From contig DAOSDI010000001.1 in the NCBI GenBank assembly GCA_035362275.1, positions 22,777 through 86,776 on the forward strand: a DNA stretch of 64,000 bases, written 5' to 3'. A program made the translations under genes and the position numbers. Below, in pieces: positions 9,729 to 20,517 of the stretch (positions are counted from its first letter, which is position 1; every line of letters begins with the position of its first letter). The notes below the pieces were generated by a model. It had not been told where the DNA came from and ran no database searches. It saw nothing but the letters and a program-made list of their open reading frames with translations. Origin of the DNA: Candidatus Pacearchaeota archaeon (GTDB lineage: Bacteria; Patescibacteriota; Minisyncoccia; Minisyncoccales; UBA5738).

Positions 9729-10256
9729 CAGAACGATTAATTAATGATATATTGCAAAAGCAAAGGAGGTGAGAAAACGGCTGGAGAGAAGAGTAGGTCT
9801 CTTCTTGTTGCAATGGTTGCAATTGATTTGCAAAAAATCATGCGCGATTTTGCAAGAAGAGAGGGCAGGCTTTTAGAGCTTGCGGGAGTAAATATGAAAG
9901 ATCGAGAATTTGTTCTTGATCTTGTAATCGATGCCTGCAACCTCATGAGGCGTGCCGCAAATGAAGGAAAAGAAGAGTGAGTATGTTAGAGATAATTTTG
10001 ATCATCCCTAATCCTCTGTTCCGGACGATTAGGCGCAATGATTAAAGAATAAGAACTCTGACTCCATCATTCTTCCTTGGGGGAAAAATGCTTGATTCAA
10101 AGTGTTTCGCCCTCTTTTTTTTGACAAAAGGCAAGGGCTTGATAATAACTGTAGCCCGTAAACTCCAGCTCCGACGATCGCAATTTTCATTGACTTTATT
10201 TTATAAATTGATAGTATCGCTTAAACGGCTGTTTAACAAATCAAGGAGGATTCTTG

Positions 10257-10475
10257 ATGGATTGGAAAAGGATTCAATATTGGTACTATAGAAACTGGCG
10301 ATGGATGTTTGATATTTTATTTTGGGTAATAATGCTTGTGGCATTTGCTATTCTGCTTTCTTTGCCACGTGATGAATGCAATATCTATGTTGGGCTTGCC
10401 ATTCTTGGGCCGGCAGTTGTTTTCGGACTGGCGATTGGAAATATTATGTCGTGGTTGGCGGAGCGTTTTATGTAA
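10257..10475 (+). CDS. Small 2-TM hypothetical protein
   Basis: Two hydrophobic helices; AGGAGG upstream. Confidence 0.55.
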   Translation: MDWKRIQYWYYRNWRWMFDILFWVIMLVAFAILLSLPRDECNIYVGLAILGPAVVFGLAIGNIMSWLAERFM

Positions 10476-10673
10476 TTATGACGCTGATTATCGATGGCAT
10501 CTTAAATATAATCGTGGCGAAAGGCTGTAGCCCTCTTTTTTTTGACAAAAGGCAAGATTTGCGCTATGAATTAAATGTTGTTTGGAATAAATTAATTTTA
10601 GATTTGACTTGCGAATTTGTTGAGGATTGACCTCAAAATGCAAATTCCCGAGGTCAAACCTCCACAAATTATT

Positions 10674-10958
10674 ATGGCAAAATCAAAAAACACCGGCGGG
10701 ACAAAATTGGGCCGCGATCCGCGGCCGAAATATCTGGGCGTGAAGCTCTATGCGGGGCAGGCGGCCAAAATCGGAAGCGTGATCGTGCGCCAGCGCGGTT
10801 CGGAAATCTTGCCGGGCAAAAATGTGAAAATGGGCAAGGACGACACTCTCTATGCGATCGCCGAGGGCACCGTTGCTTACCGCGAAATCCGCAAAAAATC
10901 GTTTTCCGGCACTCAAAGAAAGGCCAAAGTGGCGGAAGTCGTAGGCACCGGAAAATAA
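10674..10958 (+). CDS. rpmA: 50S ribosomal protein L27
   Basis: MAKSK..GRD..KYLGVK..VIVRQRG..GKDDTLYA. Confidence 0.95.
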   Translation: MAKSKNTGGTKLGRDPRPKYLGVKLYAGQAAKIGSVIVRQRGSEILPGKNVKMGKDDTLYAIAEGTVAYREIRKKSFSGTQRKAKVAEVVGTGK

Positions 10959-10987
10959 TTCGTTTTTCCAAGTTTTCTAATTTTTCA

Positions 10988-11018
10988 AAAAACACTTGAC
11001 GATAGTCAAGTGTTTTTT
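10988..11018. terminator. Bidirectional intrinsic terminator between rpmA and pyrG
   Basis: AAAAAACACTTGAC-GATA-GTCAAGTGTTTTTT. Confidence 0.75.
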
Positions 11019-11100
11019 ATTGGCGTTTTTGGCCAATTATCAATTATCAGTTTTCAAATAAAATCCGAATGTGGTTTTAATATTTGGACTTGTTCAAGAT

Positions 11101-12729
11101 TTATGGTTTGTGATTTTTTATTGCAACTTTGATGAATTCGCGGAAAAGGGGGTGGGGTCTTTGCGGGCGGGATTTGAATTCCGGATGGAACTGCGCCGCC
11201 ATAAAAAACGGATGATCGGACAGCTCAACAATTTCGGCCAATTTTTTTTGCGGATTATTGCCGGAAATCATCAACCCGCCATCTTCCAAGATTTTGCGGT
11301 AATCGTTGTTCAGTTCATAACGGTGGCGGTGGCGTTCGGAAATCATTTTTTGCCGATAGGCATCATAGGCGCGGGTGCCCGGCGTTAATTCGCAATCATA
11401 AGCACCCAAGCGCATCGTGGCGCCCATCTTCTTGTTTTTAACCAGCGCTTTTTGCTCGGGCATCAGATCAATCACCGGTTCGGCGGTTTTCGGATCAAAT
11501 TCCGTGGAGGTGGCCGATTTTATCCCGCAGACATGCCGGGCGAATTCAATGGTTGCCAACTGCATCCCCAAGCACAACCCCAAAAACGGGATTTTATTCT
11601 TGCGGCAATATTCAATTGCCATAATCTTGCCTTCGATTCCACGACTGCCGAATCCTCCCGGAACAATGATTCCGCCATATTCATCCAGCTCCTTTAAGTT
11701 CTTCGCATCCTTTTCATAATTTTCGGCGGACAGCCAAACGATCTCCGGCTTTTTTTTGAAAAACCACGCCGCGTGTTTGACGGCCTCAATCACGGAAATG
11801 TAGGAATCAATCAATGTGAATTTTCCCGATTCAAAATATTTGCCGACGATGCCGACCTTCACCGGATCCGCGGACGAACGAATGGTATCCACAAATTTCT
11901 CCCAGTCTCCCAGATTCCTTTTTTTGGGTCTTATTTTCAATTTCAGCAGAATCCTTTCTCCCAGATGATCGTTGGCGAAATTTAACGGTACTTCATAAAC
12001 GCTGGCGGCGTCGGGGGCGGAAATGACATCCTTGGGATCAACGTTGCAAAAAATGGAAATTTTTTGTTTGCGCGGCGCGTCAATGGGCTGGCTGGCGCGG
12101 CCGATGATGAAATCCGGCTGGATGCCCGCGCCGTTTAATAATTTGCAGGCGCTTTGCACCGGCTTGGTTTTCATTTCCCCCACCGTCGCCGGAATGGGCA
12201 GATAACCGACCAAAACGAACAACACGCTTCCGGGGTTTTCCAGTTTCATCATCCGGGCGGCTTCCAAAAACAGCATATTTTGATATTCGCCCACAGTACC
12301 GCCGATCTCCACAATGGTGAAATCCGCCGCCGCGGTTTTTGCCGCGGTTTTGATGCGCCGGATCACTTCATTGGGGATATCGGGCACCACTTCCACGCAT
12401 TTGCCGTTGTATTCCAGATTTCGTTCGCGGTTGATCACCGACAAATAGACCCGCCCGGTGGTGGCATAGTTGTTTGCGCTCAAATTCTCGTCCAGAAATC
12501 TTTCGTAATTGCCCACATCCTGATCGCATTCGGTGCCGTCGTCGGTGACAAAAACTTCTCCGTGCTCAACCGGATTCATCGTGCCGGCATCAACATTGAT
12601 ATAGGGATCAAATTTTACCGCGGTGACCGAAAATCCTTTGCTTTTTAAAATTTTACCGATGGAGGCGGCGGTGATTCCCTTGCCGATGGAAGACATTACC
12701 CCTCCGGTGACGAAAATATATTTTGTCAT
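11101..12729 (-). CDS. pyrG: CTP synthase
   Basis: GGVMSSIGKG, GLCLGMQ, RHRHRYE, QFHPEF. Confidence 0.97.
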   Translation of the reverse strand: MTKYIFVTGGVMSSIGKGITAASIGKILKSKGFSVTAVKFDPYINVDAGTMNPVEHGEVFVTDDGTECDQDVGNYERFLDENLSANNYATTGRVYLSVINRERNLEYNGKCVEVVPDIPNEVIRRIKTAAKTAAADFTIVEIGGTVGEYQNMLFLEAARMMKLENPGSVLFVLVGYLPIPATVGEMKTKPVQSACKLLNGAGIQPDFIIGRASQPIDAPRKQKISIFCNVDPKDVISAPDAASVYEVPLNFANDHLGERILLKLKIRPKKRNLGDWEKFVDTIRSSADPVKVGIVGKYFESGKFTLIDSYISVIEAVKHAAWFFKKKPEIVWLSAENYEKDAKNLKELDEYGGIIVPGGFGSRGIEGKIMAIEYCRKNKIPFLGLCLGMQLATIEFARHVCGIKSATSTEFDPKTAEPVIDLMPEQKALVKNKKMGATMRLGAYDCELTPGTRAYDAYRQKMISERHRHRYELNNDYRKILEDGGLMISGNNPQKKLAEIVELSDHPFFMAAQFHPEFKSRPQRPHPLFREFIKVAIKNHKP

Positions 12730-12785
12730 AAAAAATTAAAAATTTATTAAAACGAAACGCCCCGTTTTTGACGGGGCGCAAAAAA

Positions 12786-13235
12786 TCATTCCGGTTCGGC
12801 GGTAACGGTTATCTTGATTTCGGCTTCCAGATTGTGCGGGAAATTGATCTTCACCCGCCAGTCGCCCAGCTCTTTTATCGGCTCCTTAAGGTCAATCTGC
12901 TTCTTGTCGGCATCAATTCCATTTTCCTTGAGAAGCTCGGCGATTTTTGAAGAATTGACCGATTCAAACAATTGGTCTTTTTCGCCGGTTTTGACTTTCA
13001 TAACAAATTCCCGACCATCAAGCGCGCTCACCTTTTTTTGAATTTCAATCAGCTCCTTTTCTTCATTCTTGGCGGCGATTTCGCGCTGGGTTTGCGCCCA
13101 AATCAAAGCGTTTTTTGTGGCGGGCTGCACCATTTTTTTCGGTAAAAGATGGTTTTTGGCGAATCCGTCGGCAACTTCTTTCACTTCAAATTTCTTTCCC
13201 AATTTCTCAATATCTTGCAGTAATATGACCTTCAT
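12786..13235 (-). CDS. rplI: 50S ribosomal protein L9
   Basis: MKVILLQDIEKLGK..VADGFAKNHLLP..PIKELG. Confidence 0.96.
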   Translation of the reverse strand: MKVILLQDIEKLGKKFEVKEVADGFAKNHLLPKKMVQPATKNALIWAQTQREIAAKNEEKELIEIQKKVSALDGREFVMKVKTGEKDQLFESVNSSKIAELLKENGIDADKKQIDLKEPIKELGDWRVKINFPHNLEAEIKITVTAEPE

Positions 13236-13334
13236 AATAATAAGTTTAATTTTTAATTTTAATGGTTCGGTTTATTTGCCATCAATCATGAGCGCACCGA
13301 AAGGTTGTTTTTTTTATCTTCTGATTTTTATATT

Positions 13335-14537
13335 CTACTTTATATCTTTGATAATTTCAATGGCCTTTTCCAATTGAGGGTCTTTTTCGTTTTCTTCGTC
13401 TTCGGCGCTGATCTTGATTTCGGCATCCGGTGTCAATCCTTTTTCACTAATCTGTTCTCCGTTGGGCGTGAGCCATTTGGCGATGGTCACTTTCAAAGAA
13501 GCGCCTTCCGCCAGAGGCACCAGTTCCTGCACCGATCCTTTGCCGAAAGATTGCGCCCCGACGATTTTGACTTGGCGGTTGTCGCGCAGGGCGCCGGCGA
13601 GGATTTCCGAGGCGGATGCCGACCCTCCATTAATGATTACCACGACGGGATATTTTTCCAACAGCGCCGGACCGGCGGATTTGTGTTCGGTTTCGGGAAT
13701 GCCTTCGCCAAAACTTTCGCGGGTGATGACATCACCTTTTTTGACGAACCATCCGGCAATGTCTTGCGCCACCGAAAGATAACCGCCCGGATTGTTGCGC
13801 AAATCCAAAACAATCGCTTTTGCCGGGCTGTTGATGATGTCAATTGCCGCGGCCTTGAAATCGCCGCTCGCTTTCTCGGTGAATTGATAGAGCTTGATAT
13901 GAGCAATGTCGCCGTCTTTTAATTCCCAATCCAGAGAGGGAACCTTGATTACGTCCCGCGTGATCTCAAAATCGCGGGTTTCTTTCCATTCTTCCCGGAA
14001 TATCGTAAGTTTTACTTGGCTTCCTTTCGGACCGCGGATGAGATTTACCGCTTCATCGCTGGTGATGCCGGCGGTGGATTCGCCGTTGATTTGCGTGATG
14101 AAATCTCCGGCGCGGATATCGGCCTCTTTTGCCGGAGAATTTTCCAGCGGCGCGATCACGCACAGCCGGTTTTCCTTGATGCCGATCTCCATTCCCACGC
14201 CTTCAAACGATCCGGAGGTGTCTTCCAAAAACTTTTTTGAATCTTCGGGATTGAAAAACGCGGTGTAAGGATCTTCCAGCGCCGCCACCATTCCCGAAAT
14301 CGCGCCATAGATCATTTTTTGATGGTCAATTTGGCCTTTGTCCACGAAGTTATCCTCCAAGGCGTGCCACGTTTGCCAAAAAAGGGACATATCCGCGTCG
14401 GCGGGCGGCAATTTTGGGCAACTGGAAGTTGCGGTCCAATTGCCGATGGCAAAACTTGCCAGCGCGGTGACGGCGATCAAAAATCCCCAAAAATCGCGGC
14501 CTTCCCTCTTTTTGTTTTCAGTATTAAAAATTTCCAT
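13335..14537 (-). CDS. S41 C-terminal processing protease (PDZ)
   Basis: LEDPYT, GVGMEI, LDLRNNPGG, SASASEI, FGKGSVQ. Confidence 0.93.
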   Translation of the reverse strand: MEIFNTENKKREGRDFWGFLIAVTALASFAIGNWTATSSCPKLPPADADMSLFWQTWHALEDNFVDKGQIDHQKMIYGAISGMVAALEDPYTAFFNPEDSKKFLEDTSGSFEGVGMEIGIKENRLCVIAPLENSPAKEADIRAGDFITQINGESTAGITSDEAVNLIRGPKGSQVKLTIFREEWKETRDFEITRDVIKVPSLDWELKDGDIAHIKLYQFTEKASGDFKAAAIDIINSPAKAIVLDLRNNPGGYLSVAQDIAGWFVKKGDVITRESFGEGIPETEHKSAGPALLEKYPVVVIINGGSASASEILAGALRDNRQVKIVGAQSFGKGSVQELVPLAEGASLKVTIAKWLTPNGEQISEKGLTPDAEIKISAEDEENEKDPQLEKAIEIIKDIK

Positions 14538-14805
14538 ATTGAAATCACATTTAGAAACCGCGCCAAAAGTGCGAAAATTAAGGAATCAAACGATTTCAAT
14601 GATTTCCATCGCCAGTGCGGGTTTATCGCGTGATGCGAATAAAAAGTTTTCTTGAATTTTTTCAAACAAATCCAATCTACACCATAAATTCCGCTATCGC
14701 AAGAGCGCGCGCCATTTGGGGGCGTAATTTGTGATTTTTATCTTCCGCAATTTTGTGTTATGGTTTCTCATTATATATGCGACGCAGGCTAATACAATAA
14801 AAAAT

Positions 14806-15144
14806 ATGGCAAAAACCACAATTGAGTATGGCGATTTTGAAAAATTGGATTTGCGCGTCGGCAAGGTTCTGGCGGCAAATGAACCCGAATGGAGCAATAA
14901 ATTGATTGAGATGAAGGTTGATTTCGGATCCGAGATCGGAGAAAGAACGATTTTTGCGGGATTGCGCAAATTCGTGAATTTTACGGATTTGGTCGGCAAC
15001 AAATATGTTTTTATCGTTAATCTGGCCGAACGCAAACTGGGCGAGGGCATAAGTCAGGGAATGATGCTGGCGGCCGGCGGCGAATCAACTCACCTTCCTC
15101 TGTGCGTTGACGATGCGATTACCGAGGGGGCAAGCATCGGATAA
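14806..15144 (+). CDS. Stand-alone tRNA-binding OB-fold protein (Trbp111/CsaA/MetG C-terminal-like)
   Basis: DFEKLDLRVGKV..VNL..R..SQGMMLAA. Confidence 0.88.
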   Translation: MAKTTIEYGDFEKLDLRVGKVLAANEPEWSNKLIEMKVDFGSEIGERTIFAGLRKFVNFTDLVGNKYVFIVNLAERKLGEGISQGMMLAAGGESTHLPLCVDDAITEGASIG

Positions 15145-15255
15145 AAAAATAAATTTGAATAAAAGTGTGAAAAAACACGCCGTCTGCAAACGGCGTATTT
15201 TTTTGGGTTGTTAAATGCTTGAATTTTATCAGATAATCTGCTAATCTGCCGGCGG

Positions 15256-15522
15256 TCAAAAACCGTTGTTTTTGCTATGGTTTTCGTCGGAGAAGTCTTT
15301 TTCAATCTCTTTGAATTCGTTTTCCAGCTTGTCCAATTTATCTTTGCTGGATTTTATCAGCGCGGCGGCGGTTTTCACTTTTTCCAATCCTGTCTCCACG
15401 TCCAATTCTTCTTGGCCGGAAAACCACGCCGAAATCTCGGCAAGTTCTTTTAGATTCTCGCTCAAGCTTTTTTGATTCGGCGGCGTTTGCGCGCCGGGGC
15501 TAGTTTTCTTTTTCTCGGCCAT
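15256..15522 (-). CDS. xseB: Exodeoxyribonuclease VII small subunit
   Basis: Coiled-coil ExoVII-small pattern directly after xseA. Confidence 0.8.
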   Translation of the reverse strand: MAEKKKTSPGAQTPPNQKSLSENLKELAEISAWFSGQEELDVETGLEKVKTAAALIKSSKDKLDKLENEFKEIEKDFSDENHSKNNGF

Positions 15523-16726
15523 ATACTTTTTTTATTTGTGAGTTGATTATACCATCCGACAAAACAATGTCCATATCGTCGCCGGCTTTTGCGTCGCCGG
15601 CGCGCTTGATGATTGTGCCGTTAATCTTGGCGATGCAATATCCCAACCGCAGTTGCCGCGCGGGATCGCGGGCGGCGATCAATTCCTGGAAATGGGCGAT
15701 TTTTTCGGCGGCGTCGGCAAGGCTGTTTTTGATTTTTGCCATTGCCGTTTGGGCCGTGTCTTGAATTTGGCGGTCTATCCTTTGCAGGATGAATTTGAAA
15801 TTTGCCAGAATGGCGGCATATTCTTTCAAACGAAAATTTTTTTGCGCCAGCGCGTTTTTATATCCCTGAAACGAGATTGCCGCGTAGCGATCCAGCGCGC
15901 GGGGAATTTCCTGCCATGATTGAGTGAGCAGGTTTGCCGCGGCGGTGGGCGTGGAGCACATCGCGTCGGCGGCCATTGCCGCCAGCGGCACATCTTTGTC
16001 GTGCCCGATGGCGGCAATTACCGGCGCGGGGAACGCGGCGATGCGGCGCACGATGGTTTCGTTGTTAAACGCCATCATTGCTTCCAGCGAGCCGCCGCCG
16101 CGCATAATTATCAAAACATCAATCTGCCGCGATTTGAAAGTGTCAATTGACGCCAGCAAGTCCCCGACCGCCAGCTGGCCTTCCACGCGCGAATCAATGA
16201 ATTCAATCTGAAACCCGAATTTGCCGATATTGTTCAAAAAATCATGGATTACCGCGCCTTGCTTGGCGGTGATGATGCCGATTTTGCGGCAATATCGGGG
16301 AATGGCGCGCTTTTTCTCCGGCGCGAAAATCCCTTCGCTTTCAAGTTTTTTCAATAATTTGTCATAGGCGGCTTTTAACGCTCCCTCGCCGGCCAATTCA
16401 ATCGCGTCGCAGATAAACGACAGCCGGCCGGAAGGCGGATAGATTTCGCAATGCCCCGAAGCGATGATTTTCATTCCAACTCTTAACTGAATTCCAAAAA
16501 GATCCGCCCGCGACTTCCAGAGAGCGCAACTCATCACCGCGCCGCCGTTCTCATCTTTCAATGAAAAATAAATATGCCCCGTGGGGCCGGGCTTGGCTTC
16601 GCTCACTTCGCCGATGATTTTGGCTGTCAGCGGCTTGATGCGCGAATTAAGCTGTTCAACAAACTTGCCGACCGTCAACGGTCCGGCCTCAAAAAAGTTT
16701 TTCTGTTTAACATCCTCAAATTCCAT
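15500..16726 (-). CDS. xseA: Exodeoxyribonuclease VII large subunit
   Basis: GHIYFSLKD, RGGGSLE, AIGHDKD, TPTAAA. Confidence 0.95.
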   Translation of the reverse strand: MEFEDVKQKNFFEAGPLTVGKFVEQLNSRIKPLTAKIIGEVSEAKPGPTGHIYFSLKDENGGAVMSCALWKSRADLFGIQLRVGMKIIASGHCEIYPPSGRLSFICDAIELAGEGALKAAYDKLLKKLESEGIFAPEKKRAIPRYCRKIGIITAKQGAVIHDFLNNIGKFGFQIEFIDSRVEGQLAVGDLLASIDTFKSRQIDVLIIMRGGGSLEAMMAFNNETIVRRIAAFPAPVIAAIGHDKDVPLAAMAADAMCSTPTAAANLLTQSWQEIPRALDRYAAISFQGYKNALAQKNFRLKEYAAILANFKFILQRIDRQIQDTAQTAMAKIKNSLADAAEKIAHFQELIAARDPARQLRLGYCIAKINGTIIKRAGDAKAGDDMDIVLSDGIINSQIKKVYGREKEN

Positions 16727-16807
16727 AGATTCCTGATTTTTAGCGATATTGCCATTATAGCACCAACCGCATTTGTATAAAAAAGGACCGAGAATATTAT
16801 CTTGGTC

Positions 16808-17227
16808 CTACTGTATTTCCCTTATCTCAAATTTCTTTCTTGTCCAGAGAATTAAAAATAATACAAAGATCAAAAAAGAGATCAAAAGGAAATAGTTTAA
16901 ATCGACAAGAACTTGCCAATTATTTATTATTTCCGTCATTATTTCTGATATTGCTTGACGGAAATAATAAGCCAGAGCGACAATAGATATCACCCCTATT
17001 ATCACTAGGGTATCATCAAAGTGCTCTCCGGGCATTCTTATGTACTTTACGGTCAGCACCATTATTCTTGCTATGCTGTATAATGCAAGCAATATTGCGA
17101 TTACCAGAAGACTTGCTCTGATGATTTTCGCATCAAAGTTGTTTGCTATTGCTTGCAATATTGCGGCAAAAAAAATAGCCGTTGCCCCTATGAAGAAAAT
17201 AGAGGGATAATATTTTAGCCCCTTCAT
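16808..17227 (-). CDS. Hypothetical 4-TM membrane protein
   Basis: Four hydrophobic segments; AT-rich. Confidence 0.6.
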   Translation of the reverse strand: MKGLKYYPSIFFIGATAIFFAAILQAIANNFDAKIIRASLLVIAILLALYSIARIMVLTVKYIRMPGEHFDDTLVIIGVISIVALAYYFRQAISEIMTEIINNWQVLVDLNYFLLISFLIFVLFLILWTRKKFEIREIQ

Positions 17228-17345
17228 TTTTTAAACCTCCTGCTATTCTTATAGATTAAAATTCTATTTTGTAAAGATTGGGAATATAAAATGATCGCGA
17301 GGGTTAAGAATTGATTGTGAATTAGTAATTACCGATTATTGGTCA

Positions 17346-17840
17346 CTAATCACAATGCCAGTCAACGCGGGATTCTTTGGTGGCGATGTCAATCACGCAA
17401 ACGGCGGCGCAATTTTTGCGGTAGGCAAGGATGCCGATTTCCCACGCGCCGCCGGTTTCGTTGCAGGAATGTTCGTCTTTGGCGCTGCCTTCCCAGGCGC
17501 ATTTGCCGGCGCCAAAAAGATGGCGGGCTTCATAGATATTCATTGTTTTGCCGTTCGGCGCGGCGCAGGTTTCAATTTCAACAAACACCAAATCATTGCT
17601 CACGATACAGCGGCGGTTGGGTTTTTCGCCGGCCACTTCTTTGCCGGCAGAAACGCATTCTTCAAAAGTGGCAATGGTGGAAGTGGCGTTTTGGCCGTTT
17701 TCGGCGGTGGTTGTCGCCGCCGGATTTTCGTTTTCCAACGCGGCGGGCGGCAATTTTGAAAAACGGCGCGATTCCCAAATCCCGGCAAAAATCAGCGCGG
17801 CAATCGCAACGGTTAAAATCAACAAATATGTTTTTTTCAT
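17346..17840 (-). CDS. Exported Cys-rich hypothetical protein
   Basis: Signal/TM, TFEEC motif shared with 3509-4141, eight Cys. Confidence 0.7.
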   Translation of the reverse strand: MKKTYLLILTVAIAALIFAGIWESRRFSKLPPAALENENPAATTTAENGQNATSTIATFEECVSAGKEVAGEKPNRRCIVSNDLVFVEIETCAAPNGKTMNIYEARHLFGAGKCAWEGSAKDEHSCNETGGAWEIGILAYRKNCAAVCVIDIATKESRVDWHCD

Positions 17841-17844
17841 TTTT

Positions 17845-18939
17845 TCATTTTACTTGAATTTCAATTGAATTCTTCGGCGTTCGGCTCAAAATTTCCGCCT
17901 TGCCGTTTTTCATCCGGCACAAATCTTCAATGCGGATTCCGCCCCAACCGGGGTGATATAATCCGGGTTCAACGGTGAAAACCATATTGTTCTCCAGCAT
18001 CCCTTGGCCTTTTGGGGAAAGATTGGGCAGTTCGTGGATGTCAATGCCCACACCGTGCCCCAAGCCATGGGTGAAAAATTCATCTTCTCCGGCGGCGGCA
18101 AAATTATTGACGGCGTTTTCAAAAATCTGCACGGGTAATGCGCCTGCCTTGCATTCGGCAATCGCTTTTTGCTGGGTTTGTAAAACGAGGCTGTAAAGAT
18201 TCTTGTATTTTGCCGGCGCCTTGCCCACAAAAACCATCCGGGTCATATCCGCGTCATAATTTTTATATCGCGCCCCGATATCAATCACCACCATCTCCCC
18301 CGCCTTTATCTTCTTGTTTGACCCCTCGTAGTGCGGATCCGCCGAGTTCTTCCCGCTGGCCACGATCGGATCAAACGCGATTCCCGTGGCCCCAAATCCG
18401 TTCATTATTTCAATTGTTTTTTGCTTTAAATAAATTTCGGCAACTCCGGGTTTGATCAATTTCAGCAATTCGGCAAATGTTTTGTCGGTAATCGCCGCGG
18501 CTTTTTTTATTAAAGCGATTTCTCCGGCGCTTTTTATGCCGCGTGTTTGCTCTACTATATCCGCGAAAGGCATAAATTTTTTCCCCGCGAGTAATTTTTT
18601 AAAGTTTTCATATTTGGCATAACTGAATTGGTGGCTTTCAAAGCCGATTTTTTCTGAATTTTTTAAAATATCAACAATTATTTTTCCAAAACCGGCGCTT
18701 TTATCCGCCAGGCGAATATTTCTTTGCGGTATTTTTTTCCGAATTTGTTTTAAATGGAAATTTGTTCCGATAAAATAGAAATTATTTTTTAGGATTACCA
18801 GATAAAAAGTATTTTTTATTAAGTTATCAACCACGCCGGTCAGGTAATAATTGTTCGCGTTACCATTTACGATAAAAGCATCCAATTCTTCGTTTTTGAT
18901 GGCTTTTTGTATTATTTTTATTCTTTCGAGCGATGCCAT
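17845..18939 (-). CDS. Xaa-Pro aminopeptidase (M24)
   Basis: DIGA..YDADMTR, THGLGHGVG..HE, TVEPGLY, GIRIED. Confidence 0.95.
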   Translation of the reverse strand: MASLERIKIIQKAIKNEELDAFIVNGNANNYYLTGVVDNLIKNTFYLVILKNNFYFIGTNFHLKQIRKKIPQRNIRLADKSAGFGKIIVDILKNSEKIGFESHQFSYAKYENFKKLLAGKKFMPFADIVEQTRGIKSAGEIALIKKAAAITDKTFAELLKLIKPGVAEIYLKQKTIEIMNGFGATGIAFDPIVASGKNSADPHYEGSNKKIKAGEMVVIDIGARYKNYDADMTRMVFVGKAPAKYKNLYSLVLQTQQKAIAECKAGALPVQIFENAVNNFAAAGEDEFFTHGLGHGVGIDIHELPNLSPKGQGMLENNMVFTVEPGLYHPGWGGIRIEDLCRMKNGKAEILSRTPKNSIEIQVK

Positions 18940-19003
18940 AAATTTACTTTTTGCTTAAAATGAGTTAATTTCAAGAATAACACGATTAAATACTACCACA
19001 ACT

Positions 19004-20425
19004 ATGGATAAAAACGAACAAACCGAGCCGAATTTGATGTTTGAAAAGAAATTCGCGTTTGATATTTGGGACGATGCCACGACCAAAAAATGTTTTGATT
19101 TTTGCGAGGGTTACAAAGAATTTTTAAGCGCTTGCAAAACCGAAAGGCAAACAGTGGAAGCCGTAAAAAACATTGCCGCCGCCGCCGGATTTGCTTCCTT
19201 GGAACATATTGATTCCGGAAGTAACGATACGATCGCGGCGCACAAGGTATATTCAATCAATCGCGGCAAGTCAATCGTTTTGGCAAGGCGCGGCAAAAAA
19301 CCGATAAAGAATGGCGCGCGGATAATTTTGGCGCACATTGATTCTCCCCGCTTGGATTTGAAAGTCAGGCCGATATTTGAAAGCGAGCATCTTGCCTTTC
19401 TCAAAACTCATTATTACGGCGGCATAAAAAAATATCAATGGACCGCATTGCCATTGTCCGTGCACGGGAAAATTATCAAGGAAAACGGTGAAGCGATTGA
19501 TATTTCCATCGGCGAAGATCCGGGAGATCCGATTTTTATGATTACCGATTTGTTGCCCCATTTGTCAAAAAATCAGCTTGAGAAAAAACTTGAAGACGCG
19601 ATTACCGCCGAAAGTTTGAATGTGATTTCGGCCGGGATGGGAACAAAAAACAAGGACGATAAAGATTCGGTCAAAAAGAATCTGCTGAAATTGCTTAATC
19701 AGAAATACGGCATTTGTGAGGAAGACTTTGTTTCGGCGGACTTGGAATTGGTGCCGGCCGGATCCGCGCGCGATCTGGGTTTTGACCGAAGCTTGATTGC
19801 CGCCTACGGGCACGATGACCGCGTTTGCGCTTGGACGGCCCTGCGGGCATTCTTGGAAACCGCGGACGGCGAATATCCGTCAATTCTGGTGCTGACCGAC
19901 AATGAGGAAACCGGCAGTGAAGGTGCCACGGGAGCAAATTCAAATTATATCGCGGACTTTGTGAGCGAATTGGTCTTTCTGGAAACCAAAGAACACGACG
20001 AGAATGTTTTGCGCGACGCTTTTTCAAAAAGCAAAGCAATTTCCGCCGATGTTACCGCGGGCTTTGATCCGGACTACGCGGATGTTTTTGATCCGCTGAA
20101 TACCGCGCGCATCGGTGCCGGCGTGGCGATAGAGAAACATACGGGATATCGAGGGAAATATGAAACCAGTGAAGCGACCGCCGAATATACCGCGTTCATC
20201 CGAAAAGCAATGAATCAAAACGATATCGTTTGGCAGACCGGCGGGATGGGAAAGGTTGATGCCGGCGGCGGCGGTACCATCGCGATGCAATTGGCGCGCT
20301 TGAATATGGATATTGTTGATTTTGGCGTTCCTTTGCTGTCAATGCACGCGCCGTTTGAGATCGCCAGCAAGGCCGATATTTATTCGGCGTATTTGGCTTA
20401 TAAGGCTTTCTATGAAAGCAAATAA
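19004..20425 (+). CDS. M18 aminopeptidase
   Basis: AHIDSP, YYGGIKKYQW, DDRVC, EETGS, SMHAP. Confidence 0.93.
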   Translation: MDKNEQTEPNLMFEKKFAFDIWDDATTKKCFDFCEGYKEFLSACKTERQTVEAVKNIAAAAGFASLEHIDSGSNDTIAAHKVYSINRGKSIVLARRGKKPIKNGARIILAHIDSPRLDLKVRPIFESEHLAFLKTHYYGGIKKYQWTALPLSVHGKIIKENGEAIDISIGEDPGDPIFMITDLLPHLSKNQLEKKLEDAITAESLNVISAGMGTKNKDDKDSVKKNLLKLLNQKYGICEEDFVSADLELVPAGSARDLGFDRSLIAAYGHDDRVCAWTALRAFLETADGEYPSILVLTDNEETGSEGATGANSNYIADFVSELVFLETKEHDENVLRDAFSKSKAISADVTAGFDPDYADVFDPLNTARIGAGVAIEKHTGYRGKYETSEATAEYTAFIRKAMNQNDIVWQTGGMGKVDAGGGGTIAMQLARLNMDIVDFGVPLLSMHAPFEIASKADIYSAYLAYKAFYESK

Positions 20426-20517
20426 AATACTTGATTTGCGATTGAAGATTTATGATTTACGGGTGGAGTATTATAATTCTATCCTGAATCATAAATCGTA
20501 TATCTTGAATCAAAAAA

